Positions 27,209 to 41,300 of a stretch of DNA of 64,000 bases are shown here, piece by piece; the stretch's first letter is position 1; every line of letters begins with the position of its first letter. The stretch covers positions 8,618,001 to 8,682,000 of the forward strand of contig OZ193910.1 in the NCBI GenBank assembly GCA_964276515.1, given 5' to 3'. The notes under the pieces are model-generated. The model saw only the letters and a program-made list of their open reading frames with translations. It did no database searches and was not told where the DNA came from. The DNA comes from Gordius albopunctatus (lineage: Eukaryota). The translations under genes and the position numbers were made by a program.

Positions 27209-29304
27209 ATTGCATATAATATCATGTTGGTTTTAGAGTCCTTAATGAAATCAGGTCTTTCAATAAAAGATTAAAACCAATCAGCATCTACATATTCATA
27301 TTCTACCCATGAATTAGGCATTGATAAATTAAATTGTACTGCCATTTGATAAGCCAAATACCTAACCTTAACAAATTTGACCATATATTGATAAAATACT
27401 TATTTATTTTCATTTCATTATCTCGTACAAATTTGTTTTACATTTGTAAGTTTGCACCATTTTTAATGTATGAATGAATTAGATAGCCCCACGACTAAAA
27501 TATTTTTTTGAGAGTTGTTTTAAAATAGTCATCTTCAACAAAATTATTTATTCCGAGTAGATTTTTATAGAAAAATTCATACGTTTTTACCTAAAATTAG
27601 TTTCGAGCTTAGACATTAAATAGTTTTAAAGTTATTAGCAAAATAGAAAAATTAGAAAAAGGAGCTTTTAGCCCCGAAAAACCTTATTTTCTCTCTAACT
27701 TTTTCCCTGTATAATTTTTTCCAAAAAAATTTTAAGTCTGAAATGCGCCTTTATAAAGTACATTATGTATATAAATTTGACTGGGTGCAAATTAATAAAA
27801 TGGAAATTATTTGAGAAGATAAGTATAGCCCCGAGCTACGTATAGCCCCGGTCTTCCCTATTATACGATTCAAAAAAATTTTGTTTTAAAGGATAAACTT
27901 GTATTTTTTAGGCGAAATTAAGAACTTGGCAACAAAAATTTAGAATTATAATATATTTATTGAAAGATTTAGGTATATTAAGGATAATCCTTAACAAAAT
28001 GGCCCACATTTTCAGATTCAGGTGGCTCTGACTTAAAAACCAACAAAGTATTATATCGGATCTAAAAACATTTTCAATTATTAAATTGTAATATGTTCAA
28101 CTTCTGAATTATTTACCTTATTTGTTTAACTAAATTATTTTAAAATTTTTTATATACTTATATATACATATAAAAATTGAGAAAATTTAGTTTTCTAACA
28201 AGTATAAAACATTTAAAATAAAGTTTCCAATCATGAAATAATATACCCATCAGATATTTTAATAGTTTTTAAAATGCAAATGCATCTACATAAATCTTCA
28301 CTCGGGTTGATATTGATTCAATATCTGAAACCATGGTTGTAGGTAACTTGTAATGGGGGACGAAAATATTTAAATTGCTTATCGACTGTGTATTTCCGGT
28401 TTTTTTTATCCGTTTAATCAGTTAATAAAATTAATGTAAAATTTAATTATAAATATTATATGAAGATCTAAAAAGTGAATTTCTTATGAAATTTGGTCAT
28501 GTTATGAATTTTTAAATTCGTATTCCCTTTTATATTTCAATATTCTTCCCAATTATCTAATAAAAACCAGCCAATTTTAAAATTTGGTTGATTTTCGATT
28601 TAATTTTTATTATTTTCAATTGCATTCTAATCATAATTTGGGTGGATTTAACATTTTTGCTGCTGTGTCAAAGTATTTATTTAGCAATAATGAATCATTA
28701 CATAAAGTATCACTATTTTTAATTTGTTTGAAAAGTGATATAACTTTTTAAAGGAGCATTTACCCCTGGCTGGATGTTAAGGTCGGTTAAGATCTCAATA
28801 TCGCACGATATTACATACACCAAATGACACAAGAACATAATAGCATCATGATACAATGCAATGAACCTAGTAAACACATGAAATAAACACGTATTCAATA
28901 TCACATGATTAACAATGGGCCAATGAAAGTGTGCATACCTAGGGTGTAGCGTTGTCTCCCCTCGATATTTTTACCTGCCTACCTTCCCTCTTTCCCCTAA
29001 ACTCTCGCCCCGTCTCGCGTGCGCATTTGTGATTCTCCATGAAATAGCCCCTTTTTATACTATTGTCGCCCGCCACCCTCGGTGTATTATAAAAATGATA
29101 GCTCGACGATGAAATTTGTAAGCATTCACTCATCTCCTTTTTGCGTTAAATACTACAATAATGTCTAACGACACTTTTCTCGCTTGCAAAGCCTATCATT
29201 TCCCCAAATTATTTATGCATTTTAATGGCTAAAACATCATTTAGTTCAAAATCAATTCCTAATCGATTACGATCTGCAATAGTCAACACCCTCTTATAAA
29301 TAAA

Positions 29305-32300
29305 ATGGTATCCCTCGTTCCATATTTAATATTGAAGTTTATCATAATAACGAATGGTCAGGATATTTATTCACATAATTTTCAGTCAAATTACAACCTA
29401 AATAAAATCCCTGGCTCAATTTTGAGTGATGGCGGTACAGTTTCATATGCCGGGAGCCCTTATATCGTTGAAGGAGATATTGTTATTGCGGAAAGTATTA
29501 CAGTTTATATTGAACCTGGTGTGGAAATCAGATTCGCTCCTGGAACGGGAATTGATGTTTATGGAACACTTCTAGCAAGGGTAAAAACATATATTACCTA
29601 TGTCAAGAAAAATACGAATTATTTTTTTCAGTAAAAAGTTGATTATTAAAATTTGATCGACAACTCTACTATAGCAATTACGGTAAAATTCAAAGTAACT
29701 TTTGTTTTTTTGATTTAAGGTAAATGTAAGACTTTAGCCTAAATCCGGCCAGTTCCGGCATGGTGAATTTCTAAGACGAAATAGGCTCCACCCTTCGATT
29801 TTAGCAAATACAAATAATTTATATAAAACATTTTAATAAAGATATTTGTACCATCACTCAAAAATATAAAAAAAACCTCCGCAACTGAAATTCTTTAAAG
29901 AAACCTTGATTAGACAAACCCCTCAACTGCTGTTTAAGATGTACTTTCATTTATCGCCTAATTATCTCAAATACGTGATTTTTTGTTGCTTTCTTGCAAT
30001 TCTAAACTCAAAGAGATGTTACATTTCATTTAAATAACAAATGTTATCCAAACTATTTTAGGATCTGCTATTATTATTTAAACTAGTTTTAAGGCCTTTA
30101 AAGGTATCTAACCTTTTCCTAATTGACATTTAATTAATTTTATACACAACATTTAATAAACTATGGTAATAATGAACGATTCAGTTATAATTTTCATAAT
30201 TAATTTTTAGAAGTTTTTTAATATAAAACACTACGTATTATCTCATATTACTTTGATTGCAATCCAGAAATACCCTTAATTTCAAGATAAATTTTTAGAT
30301 AGTGTATTAAATTAACCTACAGTTCCCGTTTATTATAAATATCATTTAATCACAAAAGTAAGAAATTATTTTAGCTGTTATAGAGCATTCAGTGAGAAAT
30401 GTGCGCATCTCATGAATGAAGATAAATATTAGATTAAAGTAATAATTATATTTATTGTCAAAGTTTAAATCCTTTGACAAATTAAAAATTTTTTGATTAA
30501 TCTTAATCATTTAAAAATTAGTTAGTTCTGCTGAATCAATCGTCCTTGAATAAATTATGAGTCTGCCCCTTCCTATAAAAATTAATATAATTGGAAATAA
30601 TCATGAATCTGGCCCTCTTTAAAAATTATTATACTTATTGAAATTTTTTATAAGTCAATTTTAGGCATATCTGGTTAATAAATTTCGAGGTGAACTTTAA
30701 AATTTGGGGGAGGGGGGGAATGTATATATGAATTTTATCCAAAAACTAACGAGCTACTAAAGATATGAAGCTCCTTCACCTACATCTAAAAATTACTTTT
30801 ACATACTTCAATCCATGAGTTCGTAAATTTTGGCCCATATGAGTTTTTATACATAGTGTTAACTTTTGGACAATCTGGGGTGAAACTTTGCTTTATAAAA
30901 ACGCTAACCAATATTGGCAATAATTATGCTGGGCTGCAATAATTCTTATGGGACCTTAGAGGCTACTTTTTTTCTCAAAATTTTTAACTCCACTCGACAT
31001 GAAAGTTCGAAAACTGCGCTCATAAAATTTTTAATCAAGTTTAAGTTCAGCTTTAAAAAAGGAATTGATGTCACAAATTTTAATCGATCGATTTATTAAT
31101 TACTATGCATGCAAATTATGCGTTTAATTATGTATAAATATCGTCATCCACACTTTCCTCCGGTTGCAAATTCACACTTCTTTTTTCTAACATTCGCCCA
31201 GCAGTCGAAAACGATCTCTTGCTCCTTGAAGAGCAGGGATGTCCATAATTTACAAGCTAGTGTGATATTTACAAAAAGACCCTCTCTTCCATTTTAAAAT
31301 ATAATAAATTCTAATCCACACCTTACACTCTCATATACAATTATAAAATTTTATGCCTATAAAACTAAATATTTTTTCTATTATGAGTGAAGTGTATTTT
31401 ATAGGTGGAATGTTTCATATCAAAACATATATTATCATATTGATGTATTTTATCTTTAAGTCAACTTTAAATTTTACGTCCAAACACTTAAAATTAAATA
31501 AATTAAATGAAAGATTTATTTAAGCATACATCTTGATAAAAGTATTATTTTAAAAGATAAAAGGTTAAAAGATATATTGTTTCGGGTATTTTGTAAAAGT
31601 TGCTTTAAAATTCATAACCATTGACCACGCGAAAGAATTTTAAAAATTTCAGCCGGAACGACCCGATCTTGAGTCACCCGTGCAGTCCTCTATATGTATC
31701 TCTTTTTTGAACATTTTTATTATTTAATTTATTTAAAAATATAACAATATTTTAAAATTACAATAATGTTGTTATAATTATGAAAATTAAGTGAGTTTTG
31801 TCAAAACTTAATACATATTTTCCACAATACAGCAATATGTATGACATCAATATGTTTAATAACCATGTGCCTAGCCAGGGGGTAAATGAATTTGTTTCAA
31901 TACTACACCCAAATTAATAAAATTTATGTTTTATGACCCTCCCACCAAATATTATGGCAATACGTTAATAGAATTTTTATAGGAAGGTTTCTCTAAGGTT
32001 GTTAAATCCTTTATTAATAAATAAAACTGTCATAAAAACTTAATAATCACAAGATGGATTTAAGGTTTACAATTATTGCATATAAATAAAATATCATAAA
32101 TCCAACAAGAACCATGTGCCCAAAATGAAAACTTTCTGGAACAAAATTAATCTTCATTGTTATGATTATTTTTCTCTAAATATTTTGCCACTATGTTTTT
32201 AAATAAAATGATAAGCTCTCACCTATAAATTAGTTATAATAGTTTCATCCTAATATAATATACTTGTTTAATACATAGATCTGAATAAAGATTTGAATCA

Positions 32301-35300
32301 GTTAATGTGCGTTGAGGCCAGAGCATTAATTGAAGAGCAAAATACACTTTATAATTTTTTCTTATTTGTTTACACCCAAAGCTTCCCCCCCCCCCAATCC
32401 AAACTGGCTAGAGCCCATGCTCGTCCTTGTTAATTAATTTAGAGTTTTTTAAGGGTTGAGGTCAAAATTTCTTAATAATTCAGCAATAAAATACCGTAAA
32501 ATTTCTTTTAAACGTTTTCTCAAATACCCCCCCCCCCCAATCGAAAAACTGGCTATGTCCATGTTTATAACAAATAAATGGCACCTCCTGACTGTTATCC
32601 ATAAAGTAGCGTGTTTTAATTTATTTGTGGTTTTTATGACCCATATAGAAATTATTAAAAGGTTTGATTTTCTAGGGATTATCTGATAAAAGAATTTTAT
32701 TCGCGAGCACGGATATCCCACATCACACAGAATTATATTCATCCTCGAACGACCGCAAGGTTAGATTAACAGATGGCTCTTCAGTTTCAAATGGTCGTTT
32801 ACAAATTTTCTACAACAATAAATGGCTGAATGTGTGTACACAGCCCTTCAAGTAAAATAGATTTATACCTAACAATAACATGAATCATTTTATCAGTTGA
32901 AGTTATAAATCTTCAATGCAAATTTAGTCTCATATTTGTTACAATTTAAACTTGATAGTGGTCCTTATTATTGCCTTTTTAAGACTAACTAGATTAAAGA
33001 ATGTTAAAAATAGGTTTATTATTTGCATACAATGTTACAAGTTAAAGAATCTTGTAAAATAAAAATTTAAACGTTTTTACGAAATAATTTAGTTAAAACT
33101 TCAAAATTCATAATTGATGCTGGTTCTGTTTGGATTTGAACCTCGTTTTTTCATTTACAGTTGGACATTTGTGAATAATAATCCAATCTATAAATCCCAA
33201 CGGTATTGGACGCAAAATGATGTGGCAGTGGCATGCAAAAGCTTTGGCTATGATAATGGAACATTTGAAAATTGGTCGCCTTTAAAGAAGGATCTTAATA
33301 ACGTCTTACTTCATTCTCCTTCTTGTACGGGTAACGAAAATCAATTAAGTAGCTGTAAAAGTTGGTTTCGAGGAAAAGTTGGAAAGGGAATATGTGGTGA
33401 GTACTTTTAAAGCCAATGAATGGTCTTAGCCAGGATGTTACACTTTTTATAATGAGTTTTGCTTAATAATCATCCTGCTTGGTTCCAATTTTATTATGCA
33501 TTGTTTTACCTTAAACCGTCTGGCCATGCCCATGAAAAACATTCTATTATTTATTATATTTTAAGTACCTAATTTTTGATAACGTAGGGGAAACGAGCGA
33601 AAATTATGCTATTGGTTTGAAATGCTGGAACGACAAGAAAATAGGAGACTATCGTGCAAAATCTCCTCAATGGAGAGGCATAACATTTTATAATGCATCG
33701 TATTCAAGCGTAATTATATCAAATCTTATTACCTCTAACCCAAATACGAACGGGGAGATAAATTCTCTATACCACACTGATTACGACATTTCTGCAATGA
33801 ACTTTATCAAACCAACTAATATTGGCAGCAAAAATTGGCAGCATAATAAGTCACAATCTATTCTCGAATATTTGGATATTATTTATGCTGGAATAGATCG
33901 ACAAGGGTCTCCTACAGCCGCTATTTTGGCTTATGAATATCCACCCTTTATAAAGGGTGTTAATGTTTCCCACAATGCATTTACTGCTATAGAATATTTA
34001 AAAATAAAAGGATCTCCTATTATATTGTCTTCAACTATTAGTTTTAACGATGGTATACTTATATAATCGCTATCATTAATGATGTTATTTTACAGGGGAT
34101 GGTATTAGAATACATAGTAATCATCTTGGCAATGTGTCAATCGAGTATTCATCAATAAGCAATAATGCTGGAAAAGGAATAAGATTTATATCCGATCCTA
34201 TAAAGGCAAAGGATAATTATGATTTTTGCATCAGACCAAATTTAGGTCTAAACCAGGTGTACCCTATACAAATTTCCGGCAATGAACATTCAGAATGCAT
34301 TCAGGTTTTAATTATATTAATATATGCACTTTTATAAATTATTGCAAAATTAAAAGTGTCTTGCCCCAAAAATTTAAACAAACTTTAATAAATATCGGAT
34401 TTTTGGTACGCGATATTTGAGATTTAAACCTTTTAAATCTTTAGTCATAATATCGTTTTACCCCTCGCCCCTAAAATTTCACTGATAAGTTATATCTTTA
34501 TTGATACATTTTAAATTTTTATCATGCATCTATTGATTGCAGATTTTCGAAACAGTGGCGGGTCATATAACTATCCACTTTCTCGATATATCATACAACA
34601 ACAATAGTTCTAACTATACAGATGTTACTCAATCACCTTACCTTGAAATAAGAGACGGCTCTAATATGTATGACAAACTCATTACTCGCATCTATTTCCG
34701 ACCTTTATTGCGACCACAAGCAATTACAAGTTCAGGAACAAAAATTTGGATCAAATTTGTAAGCAAAGGAGTAGATTCTTACAAACAGAATAAGCATTCT
34801 CTAACTTTCAATCTCCTAATCCTCAACAAAAATGGTATAATTTATAACACCCATTTTGAATTTTTCTGAAAAAAGTGATGATAATTAAAGAATAAATTAG
34901 TTAATGTATGACATAATTTAAAACTTTAGATGAGTTAAACACATTGCTTTAATAAACGTATGGTTGAAAATTTTTTAATATTAAGATTCACATGTTTATG
35001 AAGATATATTGTCATTTCTTTAGGTCATGATATTGCGATTTCAAATTCAATTATAACTTGTAATGGTTTACAAGGAATTCACACGAGTGGCCTAACAAAC
35101 TTTTTAAAGGTTACCTCTTCCAATATTTCTTTTAACGGTTATGAAGCTGGTCTTTATGTACAAAAAGGAGCATCAAACATTGAATTATATGATACTGATT
35201 TCAAAGAAAACATTGGCGCTGGCTTAATTATAGATAACGCTGGCGGAACAATTAACATCACAACTTGTAGAATTCAAAAAAATGAAGGAATGGGATTAAA

Positions 35301-38300
35301 GCTACATACATCATCATCTGACATAAACTACAATTACTTATCGATAAATAACATTCAAAAATCTATCATATATAACACAACATTTGTTGATAATAAAGGA
35401 GTTTCTATATTTTTGGAAAAAGATAAAAACACATACAATGTCTTCGACGAATATCATATTAATATATCTCATTCGAGTTTTACGCTGAATAAATTTTACA
35501 GCATTTACATTGGCCCAACCTTGAAGTTTTACAATTCATCTACAAAGGTCTTGATTACAAACAATTCGTTTGATCATAACAGCAAACCAGCGATCAAAAT
35601 TGATAGATGGTCATGCTTAAATGCAATGATAGGATCAAACAAATTCACTAATCATAGTAAAGGTGTTTTGGTTTTGGGATCCGTTTCAAAAAATATCAAC
35701 ATAGAGAAAAGTAAAAGTGGATATGATGCACCCGACTTGGATATAAGCTACAATCATTTTTATAAAAACATTGGGAACTTCGTTCTTTTGGCCAACTATG
35801 AAGGACAGGCCGGGAAAATAACCATTCGTTACAACCATTTTAAAAACAATATTATTAAAAACCTATTTAATAATATTCCACCCAGGAGCCAGGTCAATGC
35901 TGTTGTTATAGTAAATTCTGCTTCGGTGATAATTACCCGCAATCATTTTATCAACCCCTTTTCTGATTACGAAATAGGAACAAGATCTATTGATCGATCA
36001 TTAACTATTAAGGCTCCATACAATTGGTTCAACTGTAAGAGTAGTATAGATCAATTGCAAATTGAAGAAATCGCCCCTAAAATATTTGACAATAGATTAA
36101 GATATAATTTAGCCCGCATCTTATACCAGCCATTCTTAAAAAACTCGAATTTAAATGGCCCCGCATCCACAGTTGAATGGTCAAAAAAGTTTGTAAGGGG
36201 CAACGTCATCGGTGGCTATTTGGAAGATTATCTAGTATTAAAAGAGGAAAATTCTCCCTACGTCGTTAAGGAAGATATTTATATCACAAAATCCGGAAAA
36301 TTGCACATAGAGTCTAATGTTGAAGTGATGTTTGAAAACATGATTGGAGTATTTGTAGAGGGTGAAATTTTTGCGGATGGTGGAAATGGTATATCAAGAA
36401 GTATAATATTTTTTAAAAAGCCGGATAGCCTTCAAACATCTTTACTGAAAAATAACGATTCGTTATATTATGATAATAAACAAATTGACTTATCTATAGA
36501 AGAAAACGCAAAACACTCATCACCAGCTAGTTTATCCCAATCTAGTAACAATTCAAATATCTCACTTCCCATCGGTAACTGGGAGGATTTGCTCAAGCAT
36601 GAACAACAACTTTATTTAAGAACTCGTTCAGAAGATCTTAAAATGCCACAATTGGTGCGTTTAATCCAGCGAAAAACTCTTGAAAATAGAGCTAGCATTC
36701 GACTAGGTGCTGATAAGCGCTTACACGTCAAAATAAATGGTATTTGGGGAACTGTGTGCAACAAGGGTTGGACTATAGAAAATGCTAAATTAGTATGCCG
36801 ATCTCTTGGTAAAATTTTAGATAATGAATCGTGGAATTTGGACGCCCCTAACCCTTTACCTAACAGCTATTCTAAAAAACCTTATCCTGAGGCCATCCTT
36901 ATGAATATGGTTGATTGTGATGAATCCGACAACGACATAAAGGAGTGTTTTCATGAGTCTCAACACGAACATTCATGTACTCATGAGAGTGACGTTGCCT
37001 TATCATGTGTGGACCCCGAATGGGCTGGTAAACTCATTTTTTATTTGCTTATGCTTTGTACCGAATTTTAAGCATATGCTTCCTATCATTAAAATAAAAT
37101 ATTTTAGTTCATATCATAGGCGTAGTCAGGTGGGGGCAGGGTTAAGGGTTAGGCGGCTGCCTCCCTCTAAATCTTAAAATTCTTTGAAATTTATATAATT
37201 ACGGCTAAATTTTAAAAAATTATCATTTCGCCCCTCCCTAAATCATTATTCCCCTGCCCCCTCTGAATTCAATCCTGGCTAGGCCCATTGTTCATATTAT
37301 AATATATCACCAAATTAATGTAAATCGAACCTTAGAAACTATGGTTCATTAATAATAATTTTAATACAATTACCGATCAGCGGTGGTATAATAACACATA
37401 AAATTACCATTATTATTTTAATTTTTAGAGTTTATTTTTTAATAACTTTTTGGAATTACTTATAAAATGAAATACAACCATCAGTATAATAAAATATATT
37501 TTGTGTGACACATTATTATCAAGGTGTCAGATTGGGATTTTTTTCTCGAAGAAGTCACCTAAAAGGTTTAACTGTTCAAGGGGCTGGTACTTTTGATCCA
37601 GACACTGGAGAAACAATATCTGCATTAACTTTTGATTTAAATATTCATCACGTGGAAAACGTAGTCATACAAAAAAACAAACACGACGGCCTTATTGCAA
37701 CATATCATAATTTATTTGAAACCTCAACGATGGATCGATGTTCAATTGCATTTAACGGCGGCCACGGTATCTTAGTACGATCGCCGGGTTTAACGACATA
37801 TTCGTGTAATTTTGAGGAAAATTTATTAAACGGTATTAAATATGACCCTTATATGTCCCTTTCCAATAACTTTGATATATTTAAATGGGATGGCTTGACT
37901 ACATTTCCCGAGAAAGCAATTATCAAGATGAATGTAATTAATGAAGCAATCACCGATTCTGCAAATTATATATTGGACAATAACCAAGAAATATATTTGT
38001 ATTTTAAATACGATCAAAAGTCTCAGTATCAAGCTATACAAGAAAAATTGTCTTTTATAGATTTTAAGACTCAATTTAAAATTTCAACAATAGATACAAA
38101 TGTATTAGCTTTACAGTTATTTGGACCATATCCATTTTATAGCAGTTTAAATCTGACTATCATTGATCAACATGAAACCTATTATCGACTATTTGAATTG
38201 CGAGAACAGGCATATAATTTACCTATTGTGTCTCTTACTCATCGCTTGCTGATTAATTTTAAACATCTATGCAATCACCACGAAGAACCGTTTTATAACT

Positions 38301-41300
38301 TTATCGTATCCATAAAATCCATTATAAGTGAGATTAAAGTTATTTATTGTTACAATTTTAATAGTAAATGTTATAATAATAATCATATTAATTTGAATAA
38401 TAAGACAACTATTTAATTGTCAGGAACATTAAATTTCAATGTCATACCAACTATTAAAATGCAAAATGCCACATTTGCAAGAAATAACGAAGGTGCATCA
38501 ATTACCACGTATGACTCGGACGATAACACTAATATATTGATTCCCTTTACGGATATTAAGTACGCGATTATATTTTGATAATGCCTATCTAAATATAGTT
38601 TAATCCCAATTTATGACATGCATTTGAGACAGAAAAGTTTGGTTATCAACTTTTTTGGAAGCAAATTTATCGATAATAAAGTAGCCATTTCAATGAACTC
38701 GCCCTTTTATAATAAAAAAATTCTCGATGCAAACAACTTAACTTTAACATGTGAATCGTGCAGTTTGATTGGAAATTTTAAACTATTTCGAACGAATGAT
38801 CTATACAACTACGATTCGAATAGCATTTGGAACATATTTTTTCTAAAATCTGTATTTTACAACAATTATGGAGGTACAAATTACATAATTTTAGATGTAA
38901 CATATAATTTTAGGTATACTTATTTCGTGGCCATATTTTATCGAAAATAACGGAGTATATCGCGCATCCTGGCAAACACACTTTCATAGATTGAGTTTTT
39001 TTAACAACACGTTTTCCAATAACCGAAATTTTACTCTTGTCGTTCAAGGAAGTTATGCCAAAATTGATATTAATAATAATATATTTGCAAATAATCTTGT
39101 GTCCTTGACTACAAAGGAATCGCCTAATGGACTTAGTCATTATGCAATGATTGAATTGCTAGATTCTTGCAAGGCATTGAGGATTAATAACAATAGTTTT
39201 GATAATAATATTGCAAACGTTATCATAAGAATTGAGCTATATTCAAACGATGGGCCTTTATCATCAACTAGGACGCATGACTCTACACATATGGGAATAT
39301 TAAAATACAATTATTTTCGTTATAACAAACCTAACAATTTTGTTGTGAACAACCAGATCACAAATTTACCCCAAAATTACTTAGTAGGTTTGTACGGTAT
39401 TCAACCGATGACGTTCAGCTATAATTTATTCCAATCAAATGCTTTTGAATATTATGTAATCGCCGGTTTAGAAGATCAGTTGAATTACATTACTTCCCAA
39501 CAACTAAACTACTCCCAAACTCATATATTTCGAAGATATGAGAAAGGAAATGATTACTTAGATGCGCGTTTCAATTACTGGGATAGTTCGGAGATTAAGG
39601 AGATTCGCAAGAGGATATATGATTTCAACCAATGCAATATGTTTGTCAAAGCCAATTGGTATCCTTATTTAACCATAGCTAATTTGGATAATTCCCCAGT
39701 TTCGCAAGGAAACTTTTATTCCGGCCAATTTGACCCTGATTATCAAGCCCTAGGTGGACATATCTTAACCAATACCCTTTTGACTAGCCACAAATCTAAC
39801 GGTGGTGTATATTATGTTCAACATGATATAACTGTAGCTCCAGGAGTCAAATTTACGATATCAGAAGGCGTTATATTAGAATTTGCACCAAATATTGGTA
39901 TTCTAGTTTATGGTACGCTTGATATTCAAGGCTCATTGGAAAACCCGGTGATTTTTAAACTAGCCAAAAAAGAACTCGGCCAAAATCAAAATAACGACAA
40001 TGCTCAACTCAATAAAAATTACAAATCAATTAATAGTTTAAATTTTGATAAAGTACGTGCTGAAGAATATCCACACTTCGCATCAATTCTTCCAACTTTT
40101 GTAGAACCTAATAATTTTCATACTAAAAACATTCATTCAAAATATCCATTTGTAATTCGTCTTAATGGAATTCAAAGAAATACGAATGAAGGCTTCCTAG
40201 AATATTTTAATAACACACTACAGCAATGGTACCCTTATTGCGACAGGTTTTTTAACGCCTTAAACGCCAAAATTATATGTCAAACGCTCGGTTTTGAGTT
40301 TAACGATGCATACTATTTTGAGGGTTGGAGACAAGATATTGATCCATTTTGGGTCAATCGAATTAAATATTGGGCCCATCCTTTGGATTGCTATGGATAT
40401 GAACAAACTTGGAATCACTGTTACCCACGATTCATCGAATCAGAGCCTTCAACACACACTAAATGTTATGGATCACACAAACATTTGTTTATCAAGTAAG
40501 CGAAGCAAATTAGCCAATATACGTTGACACTTTTATAAAATGTGTCACTTTCCTCTTAAAGTGCTAAATCAATAATGATTTACTAGGTGCGAATATTTGA
40601 TTAGGTGAAAGTTTTCTAATAATTAAAACGTAATTTGTATTTCTAAAAATTAATAAAATAAAATATGAAAAAACAAAAAAAAGAATTTTTATGCGGTTAT
40701 CTGATCTAAACATTTTAGTTCGACCCAAATTTTTTATTTTAAGAAACTATTCTGCAAGTGTCTGAATCTATGCATACACCTTAAATTTCATACAAATAAT
40801 TGAAAATACATCTTACGTTTATATACTTAAAAAATTTAGATAGGTTTATCTAAATTAATCTATTTAATAGGTGTAAAGTGAAATCAATTGGATCTGCCCA
40901 AAATAATTTATTTTGGGGTAATATAAGGTTCCTAGATCATCATTCAACTGAGACCATATTGGATGAAAACCTTGATCATGATTTGGTAAAGCCAAAGAAC
41001 CAAGAATTGTTTGCCTTTCAAGATCAAAAACAAAACCCTAGACAAGTCTCGACATTACGGCATCTCGAAATAATGAATGCAGGCATGTTGCACAATACGA
41101 AAGCTTCTGCAATTTTAATATCGGGAAACGCCAACGTTAAAATTGATAGTGTGAAGATAAAAAATTGCGCTTGGCATGGAGTAAGCTACTTTAACCCAAA
41201 AGCTGACATTCGCTTAATATCTCCATCCGATTCAATTAATATAATTGGCAATAGGGGATTTGGGATAAACATTATTAATTTGGGTAATTCAAAATTTGGA

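Larger units (their letters stand above)
25432..27858. mobile_element. pogo/Tigger-like non-autonomous element with TA TSD
   Basis: TA|GGGGAGACCGGGGCTAT ... ATAGCCCCGGTCTTCCC|TA. Minus-strand relic EWYACRSFSMWAHGSC at ~25805-25860 resembles a PHD-like transposase tail. Confidence 0.75.
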